A stretch of DNA of 38,183 nucleotides from a virus (taxonomy: Duplodnaviria; Heunggongvirae; Uroviricota; Caudoviricetes): positions 1 to 38,183 of IMG/VR virus record IMGVR_UViG_2541047893_000009; one strand, 5' to 3'. The first letter of the stretch is position 1; each line of letters starts with the position of its first letter. The position numbers and the translations under genes were made by a program. Below are positions 26,887 through 36,266 of the stretch, in pieces. The notes below the pieces were generated by a model. That model made no database searches. It was not told where the DNA came from and saw nothing but the letters and a program-made list of their open reading frames with translations.

Positions 26887-28382
26887 TGGCGAGGGGTATC
26901 TGGGTTTCACCCGATGAATTTGTTGCTTTTTCTGAGCCTCAGAAATCACTGACCGCGCAGATTGCCTCCCGCAGCCGCGCGATCGACTTTTACGGACTGG
27001 GCATGTATCTGCCCAATCCTGATCCCATTCTCAAGGCTCAGGGACGGGATATCCGTATCTACCGCGAACTGCGCACCGACCCGCTGGTCGGGGGCTGTAT
27101 CCGCAGACGTAAAGCAGCGCTCAAATCGCTGGAGCGTGGACTGGAGCGTGGTCACGCCTCTGCCCGGGTCTTCCGTTTCATCCGCGACATGCTCGACGAT
27201 CTGGATCTGTCCCGCATCATCGGTGAAATGAGCGATGCCGTGCTCTACGGGTATCAGCCCTGTGAAATCATGTGGGGCCGTTCGGTCAGGTCGTGGGCGG
27301 TGACGGATATTGTCGGCAAACCGCCTGAGTGGTTTCAGTTTGATACGGACAACTGCCTGCGCTTCCGGGCGCGTGATGCGGGTGTGGAGGGTGAGCTGCT
27401 GTCACCGTCAAAATTCGTGGTGCCGGCACAGGATGCCTCGTATGACAATCCTTACGGTTTCCCGGACCTGTCCATGTGCTTCTGGCCGGTCGCCTTCAAG
27501 AAAGGCGGGATGAAATTCTGGCTCCGCTTTGCCGAAAAGTTTGGCTCCCCGTGGGTGATCGGTAAGCACCCGAGGGGCGCAAATGATGCAGAGATTGAAA
27601 AACTGCTGGACTCCATGGAGCAGATGGTGGAGGACGCGGTGGCCGCCATCCCCGATGACAGCAGTATTGAGCTCAGGGCAGCGGATGGCAAGGCAGACAG
27701 CAGCGAGGTATTTCGCGAGCTGATCACACTGTCACGCAGTGAGATCTCCATTGCATTACTCGGTCAGAATCAGACCACGGAAGCGAACAGTAACAAGGCC
27801 TCTGCACAGGCCGGGCTGGAGGTAACGGCTGATATCCGCGATGCGGATGCGGACATCATTCAGGCGGCAGTGAATCAGGTCATCAGAACGGTGGTCACCC
27901 TGAACTTCGGCGATGTGCCGTGTCCGGTCTGGGCCATGTGGGAACAGGAGGCCATTGATGACACCCGTGCCACCCGCGACGAAAAACTCACCCGGGCGGG
28001 TCTGCGTCTGACCCCGCAGTACTTCAAGCGTGAGTACCAACTGCAGGACGGCGATATTGACGAGACACCACCGTCGGAACGCCAGAATAACATGCTGCCG
28101 CTGTCATTTGCCGAGGCGATTGATGCTGATATTCAGGCTCAGCAGCAGCTTGACGACGCGCTGGACATTCTGATGAACGGAGGCGCGTTAAATGGCACGC
28201 TGGAACCCGTCCTGGCACCTCTGTTCAGGCGGGTCGAAAATGGGGTTAACCCGTCTGAGCTGCTGGGCGAACTGGCGGAGCTCTACCCTCAGATGAACAC
28301 GGACGATCTGCAGGAGCGGCTGGCCCGCATTCTCTTTGTGACAAATATCTGGGGGCGTCTGCATGAGCGTGACAACGGCTGA
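26886..28382 (+). CDS. Portal protein (Mu gp29-like, DUF935)
   Basis: 498-aa ORF between the terminase and the F-like gene; portal-sized; family from memory. Confidence 0.85.
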   Translation: MARGIWVSPDEFVAFSEPQKSLTAQIASRSRAIDFYGLGMYLPNPDPILKAQGRDIRIYRELRTDPLVGGCIRRRKAALKSLERGLERGHASARVFRFIRDMLDDLDLSRIIGEMSDAVLYGYQPCEIMWGRSVRSWAVTDIVGKPPEWFQFDTDNCLRFRARDAGVEGELLSPSKFVVPAQDASYDNPYGFPDLSMCFWPVAFKKGGMKFWLRFAEKFGSPWVIGKHPRGANDAEIEKLLDSMEQMVEDAVAAIPDDSSIELRAADGKADSSEVFRELITLSRSEISIALLGQNQTTEANSNKASAQAGLEVTADIRDADADIIQAAVNQVIRTVVTLNFGDVPCPVWAMWEQEAIDDTRATRDEKLTRAGLRLTPQYFKREYQLQDGDIDETPPSERQNNMLPLSFAEAIDADIQAQQQLDDALDILMNGGALNGTLEPVLAPLFRRVENGVNPSELLGELAELYPQMNTDDLQERLARILFVTNIWGRLHERDNG

Positions 28383-29184
28383 ACTGGCGTACTGCATGAC
28401 GCTTCCCCCGAAGCGGGCAATCAACTACCTGAAGTCCAAAGGGTATCAGATTACCTGGGACTGGGAAGAAATGTGGCAGGAGGCCCATGCCCGCGCCTTT
28501 ACCGTTGCTAAAGTGACCCGCCTGGATATCCTGGAAGATATTCGCGGGGCACTGCAGCAGGCTGTCGATGAAGGAAAAACCGATCGCTGGTTCCGGCAGG
28601 AGCTGGAGCCGGTGCTGAAGCGTAAGGGATGGTGGGGACCACGTGACACGACTGACCCGGTAACGGGTGAGCCGGTCACCATTCAGCAGGGCAGTCCGTG
28701 GCGGCTCGATACCATCTTTCGCACCAATATGTCCGTACTCTACAGCGCCGGTCGTTGGGCGGAACAGATGGAAAACGTCGACGACAGGCCGTACTGGATG
28801 TATACCGGCATCAACGACAGCCATACCCGCAGGAGCCATCTGGCGCTGCATGGTCTGGTGCTGCGCTGGGATGACCCGTTCTGGCAGGCATTTTACCCGC
28901 CGAACGGCTGGCGCTGCCGCTGTAGTGTGATTGCCCTGAGTGCGGCGGATGTACGTGCCCGTGGCCTGAAGGTTATCAGCTCCGGCTCTGCCATGGGCCA
29001 GGAACTGAAACTGGTCTCAGAGAAAACCGGCGAAATGCGGAACGTGGCCACCTTTAATACCGGCACCACGAAGGTGACCACCGACGTCGGCTGGTCTTAT
29101 GCACCGGGGGCAGCATACCGTCCCGACCTGGCCCGCTATCAGGGTACGCTTCAGCCACTGGCACAACAGGAACTGAGAGGATAA
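28363..29184 (+). CDS. Head morphogenesis protein, Mu F-like (minor head protein)
   Basis: 273-aa ORF overlapping the portal 3' end; conserved YTGINDSHTRRSHLALHG...WRCRCS motif typical of the Mu F / SPP1 gp7 family. Confidence 0.8.
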   Translation: MSVTTAELAYCMTLPPKRAINYLKSKGYQITWDWEEMWQEAHARAFTVAKVTRLDILEDIRGALQQAVDEGKTDRWFRQELEPVLKRKGWWGPRDTTDPVTGEPVTIQQGSPWRLDTIFRTNMSVLYSAGRWAEQMENVDDRPYWMYTGINDSHTRRSHLALHGLVLRWDDPFWQAFYPPNGWRCRCSVIALSAADVRARGLKVISSGSAMGQELKLVSEKTGEMRNVATFNTGTTKVTTDVGWSYAPGAAYRPDLARYQGTLQPLAQQELRG

Positions 29185-29186
29185 CA

Positions 29187-29645
29187 ATGGCTTCCGATAA
29201 CCTGGTCAGTATCACCATTAACGATAAATCCCTGCGCCGGAGCCTCCGTGCGCTGGATCTTGCTGCCACAGACCTGGAGCCCGCGATGCGCAAAATCGCC
29301 GGAACCCTGCTGGCGGAAACACAGTTTAACTTTCTTGATGAGGGGCGTCCGGGGTGGATGCCCTCGCTGGCAGCGGAAGAACGTGACGGGCAGACACTGC
29401 AGGATACCGGGCGTCTGATGGGGTCAGTATCAACCGACCATGACGACCGGCAGGCTGTTGTGGGGACCAACGTTGTTTACGGTGCCATTCACCAGTTCGG
29501 GGGTAAAACGGGGCGTAATGAGTCTGTTGAACTTCCGGCCCGCCCGTTCCTGCCGGTGACGGGGGATGGAGAACTACAGCCTGAAGTGGTAATCCCCATC
29601 CTCGATACCATTGTCCGCCATCTTGAATCAGCGGCCCGTCGCTGA
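29187..29645 (+). CDS. Virion morphogenesis protein, Mu G-like
   Basis: 152-aa ORF directly after the F-like gene; Mu G family by position and sequence memory. Confidence 0.65.
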   Translation: MASDNLVSITINDKSLRRSLRALDLAATDLEPAMRKIAGTLLAETQFNFLDEGRPGWMPSLAAEERDGQTLQDTGRLMGSVSTDHDDRQAVVGTNVVYGAIHQFGGKTGRNESVELPARPFLPVTGDGELQPEVVIPILDTIVRHLESAARR

Positions 29646-29859
29646 GTTTTCTCTCTTCAGGCGGGTGATTTATCATTGCCAGAGAATGAGGGGCTGTATT
29701 ACCTTTATAAAGGCTTTACAGCCTCTGTTTTATAACCGCCTCCGGTTCACCGCATTGCTTTCCCTGTCCTTCTCCCCTGATGTTTTCTAAAGCAGATTAA
29801 AATCGCCGGGCCTGCATTTCTCACAAACTGTCTCCGACAACATAACGCGGGACAGCAAA
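29646..29859 (+). promoter_or_regulatory. ORF-free intergenic region between the G-like and I-like genes; candidate internal late promoter; contains a GGCTGTA...TACAGCC hairpin
   Basis: 215 bp with no ORF above about 16 aa; Mu has a C-dependent promoter upstream of I (established knowledge); no motif confirmed. Confidence 0.3.
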
Positions 29860-30975
29860 ATGTCAGCCATTCACATTTTTAAAGCCGGTACTCATACCGA
29901 TATGCACGGCAAAAAACTGCCGTTCACGCCAGACGATCTTGCCGCCTGCGTGAAAGCCTATGACCCGTCCGTCCATGAAGCACCACTCGTGATTGGTCAT
30001 CCCAGAACGGAAGACCCGGCGTGGGGCTGGGTGAAAGCCCTGTCGCTCAGCGGCGTCGATCTGATGGCAGAGCCTGCCCAGCTGGACCCGCAGTTTGCTG
30101 AGATGGTCACCGACGGACGATTCAAAAAAGTGTCCGCCTCTTTCTACCTCCCGGATTCACCGTCCAATCCGAAGCCCGGCGTGCTCTACCTTCGCCATGT
30201 GGGCTTTCTCGGGGCACAGCCACCTTCCATCAAGGGGCTGAAACAGGTGTCCTTCAGTGAGCAGGAAGAAGGTGTGGTGGAGTTCGCCGACTGGCAGGCC
30301 ATCACGAATGCCTCCCTGTGGGGAAAGCTGCGCGATTTTCTGATCGCCCGCTTCAGTCTGGACGAGGCAGAAAAAGTCCTGCCGGAATGGCAGCTCAACA
30401 GTCTGCGCGAAGAGGCGTACCGCGACACACTGTCGCAGGATGCAGCAGGTGCACAATTCAGTGAGACAGGCCCGGGGCCGTCTTCCGCAAGTAACGAGGA
30501 ATCATCGATGACAAAAGAAGAGATTGAAACCCTTCAGGAGGAGAACCGCCGCCTGAAGCAGCAGGCTGCTGATCGCGATGCGCGTGATGCACAGGTCAGA
30601 CAGGAGCAACTGCATAAGGACAATGTGGCCTTTGCAGAAAAACTGGTCGCAGAGGGCCGTCTGGCTCCCCGCGCCTCCTCCGTGGTGGTTGCCCTGCTGG
30701 ATGCCGTCGCCGGTGGCGACAAGCCGGTGGAGTTTGCTGAGGGGGAAAGCCGCACACCGCTGGCCACCGCCTTTCGTTCATTGCTCTCCGACGGGGAGCC
30801 GGTGATGAATTTCGCCGAACAGGCCACAAAAGAGCGTGTCGGCGACACGGTGAAGGTGGATGTGGCAGAGTTTGCGGAAGCCGATCCTGAGCGTCTGGCC
30901 CTGCATCAGAAAGCAGTGGCCCTGTCCAAAAAAGAAGGCATCAGCTATGAGGCTGCTGTCGCACGCTGCCTGTAA
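29860..30975 (+). CDS. Head maturation protease / scaffold, Mu I-like
   Basis: 371-aa ORF directly upstream of the major head gene; coiled-coil C-terminal half (EEIETLQEENRRLKQQAADRDARD). Confidence 0.7.
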   Translation: MSAIHIFKAGTHTDMHGKKLPFTPDDLAACVKAYDPSVHEAPLVIGHPRTEDPAWGWVKALSLSGVDLMAEPAQLDPQFAEMVTDGRFKKVSASFYLPDSPSNPKPGVLYLRHVGFLGAQPPSIKGLKQVSFSEQEEGVVEFADWQAITNASLWGKLRDFLIARFSLDEAEKVLPEWQLNSLREEAYRDTLSQDAAGAQFSETGPGPSSASNEESSMTKEEIETLQEENRRLKQQAADRDARDAQVRQEQLHKDNVAFAEKLVAEGRLAPRASSVVVALLDAVAGGDKPVEFAEGESRTPLATAFRSLLSDGEPVMNFAEQATKERVGDTVKVDVAEFAEADPERLALHQKAVALSKKEGISYEAAVARCL

Positions 30976-30989
30976 TTTAAGGAGAGAGC

Positions 30990-31943
30990 ATGTCTGATTA
31001 CTTAAAAGGTAAACGTGTCGTTGATCCGGTACTGACCAGTATCGCCCGTGGCTATAAAAATGCCGCATTCATCGGCGAACGTATTTTCCCCGTCGTGCTG
31101 ACGGACAAGGAAGGCGTGCGTGTACCGACCTTCGGGAAAACCGCCTTTGTGGAATATGACACCGAGCGTGCCGTCGGGGCGGACAGCAATGTTCTGGTCC
31201 GTGAAAAAACAGGCACGCTGGACCTGGTGCTGGGTGAACACGATCTGGCTGCGCCGGTGGACTATCGCGAGCAGGCGGAGTCCATGTTTAACGAAGAGAG
31301 CAAGGCCATCCGTCGCGCCACGAATGGCGTGAACCTGCGCCGTGAACTTATCGCTGCCCGTCTGGCTCAGGATGAAAAGGTCTACCGTACCGGGCACGTC
31401 AAAAAACTGACAGCCAGTGATCGCTGGGCCGGTGGTAAGGGGGACCCCATCGGGGTGATTGAAGCCGGTATGGAAGCGGTCCGTACGGCCACGGGGCTGC
31501 GTCCTAACCTGATGACCATGGGGGCCGGCGTGATGGCGCTGCTGAAGTTCCACCCGGCGATTCAGGCCGCCATCGGAGCCAACGAACGCAAGCGCATCAC
31601 CACAGAAATCCTGCAGGACCTCTTTCAGATCGAAGAGATCGTCATCGGTGCCCCAGTCTCCCTGCCGTCCATGAAAGCGGCAATGGATAAGAACAGCGTG
31701 CCGGCGGATATCTGGGGAGACAATCTGATGCTGCACTATGTCGGCAAACCGCAGCCGGGGGCGGACAGCGCGGACGAGAACGAGCCGTCCTTCGGCTACA
31801 CCCTGCGTCGTAAGGGGATGCCTGTTGCCGACAAATACGACGGAGCCGGTGGCAAGGTGAAGTACTGCCGTTATACCGATATCTACAAAGTCGCCGTGGT
31901 TGGTGGCGATGCCGGGTATCTCATTACCGGTATCAGTAAATAA
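30990..31943 (+). CDS. Major head (capsid) protein, Mu T-like
   Basis: 317-aa ORF with a strong SD (AGGAGAGAGC ATG); position after the protease/scaffold gene. Confidence 0.8.
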   Translation: MSDYLKGKRVVDPVLTSIARGYKNAAFIGERIFPVVLTDKEGVRVPTFGKTAFVEYDTERAVGADSNVLVREKTGTLDLVLGEHDLAAPVDYREQAESMFNEESKAIRRATNGVNLRRELIAARLAQDEKVYRTGHVKKLTASDRWAGGKGDPIGVIEAGMEAVRTATGLRPNLMTMGAGVMALLKFHPAIQAAIGANERKRITTEILQDLFQIEEIVIGAPVSLPSMKAAMDKNSVPADIWGDNLMLHYVGKPQPGADSADENEPSFGYTLRRKGMPVADKYDGAGGKVKYCRYTDIYKVAVVGGDAGYLITGISK

Positions 31944-31952
31944 GGAGGCGTT

Positions 31953-32291
31953 ATGGGAACCACTCAGCAGGTCATTCTGATCACAACCGTAACGGCAGGG
32001 GCAGCACTGGCACAGCAGCGTTTTGTCGGGGCAGATAATACCCCCTGTAAAGCCGGTGCCGCAGCGCTCGGGGTTGCCGAAGTGGATGCTGTTACCGGCG
32101 ACAGCACGCCGGTGAGCGTTCTGGGCATTATTGCTGTCGAGGCCGGGGCCGCTGTCAGCCGTGGTGTGGCTGTTCAGTCAGATGCTCAGGCCAGAGCCGT
32201 GCCGCAGTCCGGCGACGGTAAATCCTGTGGTATTGCACTTGATGAAGCCGGGGGTGAAGGCGACGTCATTCGTATCCTGCGCGGGGTGTGA
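31953..32291 (+). CDS. Head-associated hypothetical protein (Ala/Gly/Val-rich, possibly DUF2190-type)
   Basis: 112-aa ORF with SD; follows the major head gene. Confidence 0.45.
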   Translation: MGTTQQVILITTVTAGAALAQQRFVGADNTPCKAGAAALGVAEVDAVTGDSTPVSVLGIIAVEAGAAVSRGVAVQSDAQARAVPQSGDGKSCGIALDEAGGEGDVIRILRGV

Positions 32292-32292
32292 C

Positions 32293-32739
32293 ATGTACTG
32301 CACCCTGGAGGATTTGCTTGCGCAGGTGCCGGAGCGGACGCTTATCGAACTCACCAGTGAAGAGATGGACTTCGACTCGCCTGCAACAGTGAATACCCGT
32401 GTGGTGGACAGCTGTATCCGCTATGCCGACGAGCTGATTGATGCCCATCTGCGCGGACGCTATATCCTGCCACTGGCAGAGATACCGACTGTTCTGCGGG
32501 ACATTGCCATCACGCTGGTCCGTTACCGGCTCTACGCCCGCCGCCCGGAAGGTGACCTCCCGGATACGGTGAAGGATGACCACAAAGAAGCGCTGCGGCA
32601 ACTCAGGGAGTTACGTGATAACAGGCTCACGCTGGGGCTGCCGTCCACTCAGAAAGATGTGCCTGAGCCTGGCGAGTTTCGTGTACGCAGTCGCCCGGCC
32701 ACTTTCGGCGGTCGTGACGGTTTACTGGAGAAATACTGA
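32293..32739 (+). CDS. Mu gp36-like protein (DUF1320-type) candidate
   Basis: Start set at the ATG at 32293 (MYCTLEDLLAQVPER...), 2 nt after the previous stop; the track ORF beginning at 32131 overlaps the upstream gene. Confidence 0.5.
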   Translation: MYCTLEDLLAQVPERTLIELTSEEMDFDSPATVNTRVVDSCIRYADELIDAHLRGRYILPLAEIPTVLRDIAITLVRYRLYARRPEGDLPDTVKDDHKEALRQLRELRDNRLTLGLPSTQKDVPEPGEFRVRSRPATFGGRDGLLEKY

Positions 32740-33203
32740 TGAACGTTCTGCCCGTCCTTGATGCGGTGCTGGCCCGGTTACGCGAGAAGCTGCCGCAACT
32801 GCAGGTGGAGTACTTCCCGGAGAAACCGGCTGAATATCGCCTGAACCATCCGGTTGGCGCGTTGCTGCTGAGCTATGCCGGTTCGCGCTTTGACAGGCCG
32901 GATGATACCGGTGCGGTGATCCAGTCTCAGACTATCCAGCTCTGCGTCACGGTGGTCTTCCGCCAGCTCAACGGTAAAAAAGGGGCGATTAATGTCCTGG
33001 ATGCTGTCCGCCGCATTCTCGGTGGCCACACCCCGCCCGGGTGCCGCTGCCGTATCTGGCTGACCCGCGAGGTGTTTATCGGTGAAGTCAGGGGGCTGTG
33101 GCAATACGCCCTCGACTTCGCGACTGAAAGCATCTTTATCGAAGACAGCGATTTACCGTCCGGCCCGCTGTTAACCGAAGTGAACTATGAGGAAAGCGAG
33201 TGA
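32739..33203 (+). CDS. Mu gp37-like protein (DUF1834-type) candidate
   Basis: 154-aa ORF, stop-start overlap with flanking genes. Confidence 0.5.
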   Translation: MNVLPVLDAVLARLREKLPQLQVEYFPEKPAEYRLNHPVGALLLSYAGSRFDRPDDTGAVIQSQTIQLCVTVVFRQLNGKKGAINVLDAVRRILGGHTPPGCRCRIWLTREVFIGEVRGLWQYALDFATESIFIEDSDLPSGPLLTEVNYEESE

Positions 33204-33454
33204 TGAAAGAATACCGCTATTCCGGCCCGGCCAGCGGCGTCACGCTGTCGGACGGAACCGAAATCCTGCTCTGGCCGGGGAAGACGGTTTCCCTGCCGGA
33301 GGAGCATGACTACGTGAAGGTACTGGTGGCGCTGAAGCATCTGACGCCGGTACCAGAAGATACTAAACCCGCCGTCACACCGGCTGTGCAGTCACCAAAG
33401 CGCAGAAGCAGCAGTGACAGCGAAGTGAAAACGGAGGACGCCCATGGCAGCTAA
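33200..33454 (+). CDS. Late-region hypothetical protein (84 aa)
   Basis: ORF overlapping the start of the sheath gene. Confidence 0.4.
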   Translation: MMKEYRYSGPASGVTLSDGTEILLWPGKTVSLPEEHDYVKVLVALKHLTPVPEDTKPAVTPAVQSPKRRSSSDSEVKTEDAHGS

Positions 33455-34871
33455 CTATCTGCATGGTCCCGAAACCATTGAGGTGGAAAACGGAGCCCGC
33501 CCGGTTAAAACGGTGAAATCTGCCGTTATTGGCCTGATTGGTACCGCCCCGATGGGGGATGTCAATACGCTGGTACAGTGCCTGTCTGAGAAAGACGCAG
33601 CGGCATTTGGCAGCCAGTTCACCGGCTTTACCATTCCGCAGGCGCTGGATGCGATTTATGACCATGGTGCAGGTACCGTTCTGGTCATTAACGTCCTCGA
33701 CCCGGCGAAACATAAAACGGCGATCGAGGATGAGGTGGTTACCTTTGACAAATCGACAGGGCAGGCCAGACTGGCGCATCCGGTTGTCGCTAATGTGGTG
33801 GTGAAAAACAGTGAAGGCAGCACCACCCACACGGCGAACACGGACTACCGTGTTGATGCGCAGGCGGGTGTGCTCACGAACCTGGGCAAGGCTATTGAGG
33901 CCGGTGGCAGCGTGAAGGTGAGCTATGAGTACGCGGACCCGTCGAAGGTGACTGCGGCGGACATCATCGGCGGGGTGAACAGCGCCGGAAACCGAACCGG
34001 CATGAAGCTGCTTAACGACAGCTTCAACCTGTACGGCTATTTCGCCAAAATTCTGATTGCGCCGGTGTTCTGCACCCAGAAGAGTGTCGCAGTTGAGCTT
34101 ATCGCCATGGCAGAGAAGCTGGGCGCGGTAACCTACATTGATGCGCCTGTCGGTACCACCTTTGCACAGGCTCTGGCAGGTCGTGGCCCGGAAGGCACCA
34201 TCAACTTCAATACCAGCTCCGACCGCGTCCGTCTGTGCTATCCGCATGTGAAGGTATATGACCCGGTGACAAACACAGAGCGTCTGGAGCCGCTCAGCCA
34301 GCGTGCAGCAGGTCTGCGTGCCAGAGTCGATCTGGACAAGGGCTACTGGTGGTCATCCTCCAATCAGGAGATTCTGGGGATCACCGGCGTGGAGCGCCAG
34401 CTGTCCGCGATGATTGATGACCCGCAGAGTGAGGTGAACCTGCTTAACGAACAGGGGATCACCACGGTATTCAGCAGTTACGGCAGCGGCCTTCGTCTGT
34501 GGGGTAACCGGACGGCAGCATGGCCAACGGTCACCCATATGCGTAACTTTGAGAACGTTCGCCGCACCGGTGATGTGATCAACGAGTCCATTCGTTATTT
34601 CAGCCAGCAGTACATCGACATGCCGATTACTCAGGCGCTGATTGATGCACTGACGGAGTCGGTCAACGCCTACGGTCGCAAAATGACTGGTGATGGTGCG
34701 GTACTGGGCTTCCGTTGCTGGTTTGATCCGGCCCGCAATCCGGAGACGGAGCTGGCCGCCGGGCACCTGTTGCTGAGCTACAAATATACGCCACCACCGC
34801 CGCTGGAGCGACTGACGTTTGAGACTGAGATCACCTCGGAATACCTGTTAACCCTGAAAGGGGGCAACTGA
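33444..34871 (+). CDS. Tail sheath protein (Mu L-like)
   Basis: 475-aa ORF immediately upstream of the tube gene; size and position typical of contractile-tail sheath. Confidence 0.85.
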   Translation: MAANYLHGPETIEVENGARPVKTVKSAVIGLIGTAPMGDVNTLVQCLSEKDAAAFGSQFTGFTIPQALDAIYDHGAGTVLVINVLDPAKHKTAIEDEVVTFDKSTGQARLAHPVVANVVVKNSEGSTTHTANTDYRVDAQAGVLTNLGKAIEAGGSVKVSYEYADPSKVTAADIIGGVNSAGNRTGMKLLNDSFNLYGYFAKILIAPVFCTQKSVAVELIAMAEKLGAVTYIDAPVGTTFAQALAGRGPEGTINFNTSSDRVRLCYPHVKVYDPVTNTERLEPLSQRAAGLRARVDLDKGYWWSSSNQEILGITGVERQLSAMIDDPQSEVNLLNEQGITTVFSSYGSGLRLWGNRTAAWPTVTHMRNFENVRRTGDVINESIRYFSQQYIDMPITQALIDALTESVNAYGRKMTGDGAVLGFRCWFDPARNPETELAAGHLLLSYKYTPPPPLERLTFETEITSEYLLTLKGGN

Positions 34872-35392
34872 TGTCAAAGATTGAGATAAACCGCATCACG
34901 AATGCCAACATCTATCTGGATGGTACTAACCTGCTGGGACGGGCTGAGGAAGTCAAACTCCCCGATGTCTCCATGATTATGCAGGAACACAAGGCGCTGG
35001 GGATGGTGGGTAAGGTGGAACTCCCGGCTGGTTTTGACAAGCTGGAAGGCGAAATCAAATGGAACAGCTTTTACCGCGATGCGATGCTGTCTGCCGCGAA
35101 CCCGTACAGGTCGCTGGCACTGCAGTGTCGTTCCAGCGTCCAGCGCTACAGCTCGCAGGGGCTGATTGACGAAATCCCGCTGGTCACCTTCCTGACGATT
35201 ATGTTCAAGAAGAACCCGCTGGGGACGTTCAAACAGCACGAGAACGCCGAGTTCTCCAGTAGCTTCACCTGCACGTATATCAGACAGGTACTGGATGGTG
35301 AAGAGCTGCTGCAACTGGACTATCTGGCCAACATCTTCCGGGTCGGCGGTGTTGATCAACTGACTGACTACCGTATCAATATCGGGGGCTGA
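34871..35392 (+). CDS. Tail tube protein (Mu M-like)
   Basis: 173-aa ORF following the sheath gene. Confidence 0.8.
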   Translation: MSKIEINRITNANIYLDGTNLLGRAEEVKLPDVSMIMQEHKALGMVGKVELPAGFDKLEGEIKWNSFYRDAMLSAANPYRSLALQCRSSVQRYSSQGLIDEIPLVTFLTIMFKKNPLGTFKQHENAEFSSSFTCTYIRQVLDGEELLQLDYLANIFRVGGVDQLTDYRINIGG

Positions 35393-35394
35393 CG

Positions 35395-35676
35395 GTGAGT
35401 GTTGAACTGACGGATAAAGGAGGACGATGTGCGGCACTGGGCATGTCAAATGGTACGTGGTTTACCCTCCTTGATATTCCGGGGGTGGAAACCCTTTTTA
35501 ATACCCGTAAAACCAATGACCCGATTGACTGCACACGTTCAAAGGCCCGCAAACTGGCGGATTTGATTGAAGCATGGGAGCCTCCCGACCACTGGTTCTC
35601 CGGCATCGGCAAATCTGAGGGAAAGACGCTTCTCATCGCTTTCCTGCGTAACTGCAAGGGGTTTCGCACTTGCTGA
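35395..35676 (+). CDS. Hypothetical protein (93 aa), probably GTG-initiated
   Basis: ORF 2 nt after the tube stop; followed by a terminator-like hairpin. Confidence 0.4.
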   Translation: MSVELTDKGGRCAALGMSNGTWFTLLDIPGVETLFNTRKTNDPIDCTRSKARKLADLIEAWEPPDHWFSGIGKSEGKTLLIAFLRNCKGFRTC

Positions 35677-35682
35677 CATCAC

Positions 35683-35706
35683 AGGGGCTCCGGCCCCTTC
35701 TTCTTA
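35683..35706 (+). terminator. Terminator-like hairpin (AGGGGC-tccg-GCCCCT) with T-rich tail inside the tail operon
   Basis: Read directly at 35683-35698, followed by TCTTCTTAATCTCC. Confidence 0.45.
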
Positions 35707-35773
35707 ATCTCCTTTAATATCCGTCACGCGCTTCTCCCGACATACTGCCCTGAACTTACACAGGAGCACAATC

Positions 35774-36109
35774 ATGTCACAGACCCCATCCGATACTTTT
35801 AAATTGTCTTATCCCTTCACCACTGCTGCAGGCACCAGAATTGAGCTGGTTGAACTGAAACGCCTGACGGTAAAAGACCTGAAGCAGGTGCGCAAAATCA
35901 GCAAAAACCCGGCAGACTGGGACGAACCGCTGATTGCCCGCAGTACTGGTCTTCTCCCGGAAGATCTCGACAATATGGATCTGGCTGATTACCTGCAGTT
36001 ACAGAAACGATTTCAGCTCATCACGGGGATGGGTGAGAGCAACCAGGGCGCTGACGCAGGCGCAGGGGCTGCTGGCGAGATGGTTCCGGTTTCAGCCGGG
36101 GGAGATTGA
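35774..36109 (+). CDS. Tail assembly chaperone candidate (possible frameshift-extended product)
   Basis: 111-aa ORF just upstream of the tape measure gene; overlapping +1-frame ORF 35934-36191; G-run near its stop. Confidence 0.5.
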   Translation: MSQTPSDTFKLSYPFTTAAGTRIELVELKRLTVKDLKQVRKISKNPADWDEPLIARSTGLLPEDLDNMDLADYLQLQKRFQLITGMGESNQGADAGAGAAGEMVPVSAGGD

Positions 36110-36266
36110 TGCCCTCGATACTGACGATCTGGAGATGTGGCTGGAGCAGGCTGAAGAGCAAATCAAAAGCGAGTACGGCGACAAATCATAGTACAGACAG
36201 CCGCCAGTAGCGGCTGTTCTGCGTTATCCCCTCACGTCTTTTCACCTTCCCCGGAGGTTAACCACT

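Noticed and set aside
29646-29859. Anti-CRISPR (acr/aca) cassette at the G-I junction
   Set aside because: Only a 16-codon ORF is present; no HTH gene; the slot appears empty.
31002-31736. 244-aa minus-strand ORF inside the major head gene
   Set aside because: Antisense to the Mu T-like capsid gene; no independent support.
33375-34247. 290-aa minus-strand ORF inside the tail sheath gene
   Set aside because: Antisense to the sheath gene; Arg/Cys-rich junk-like translation.
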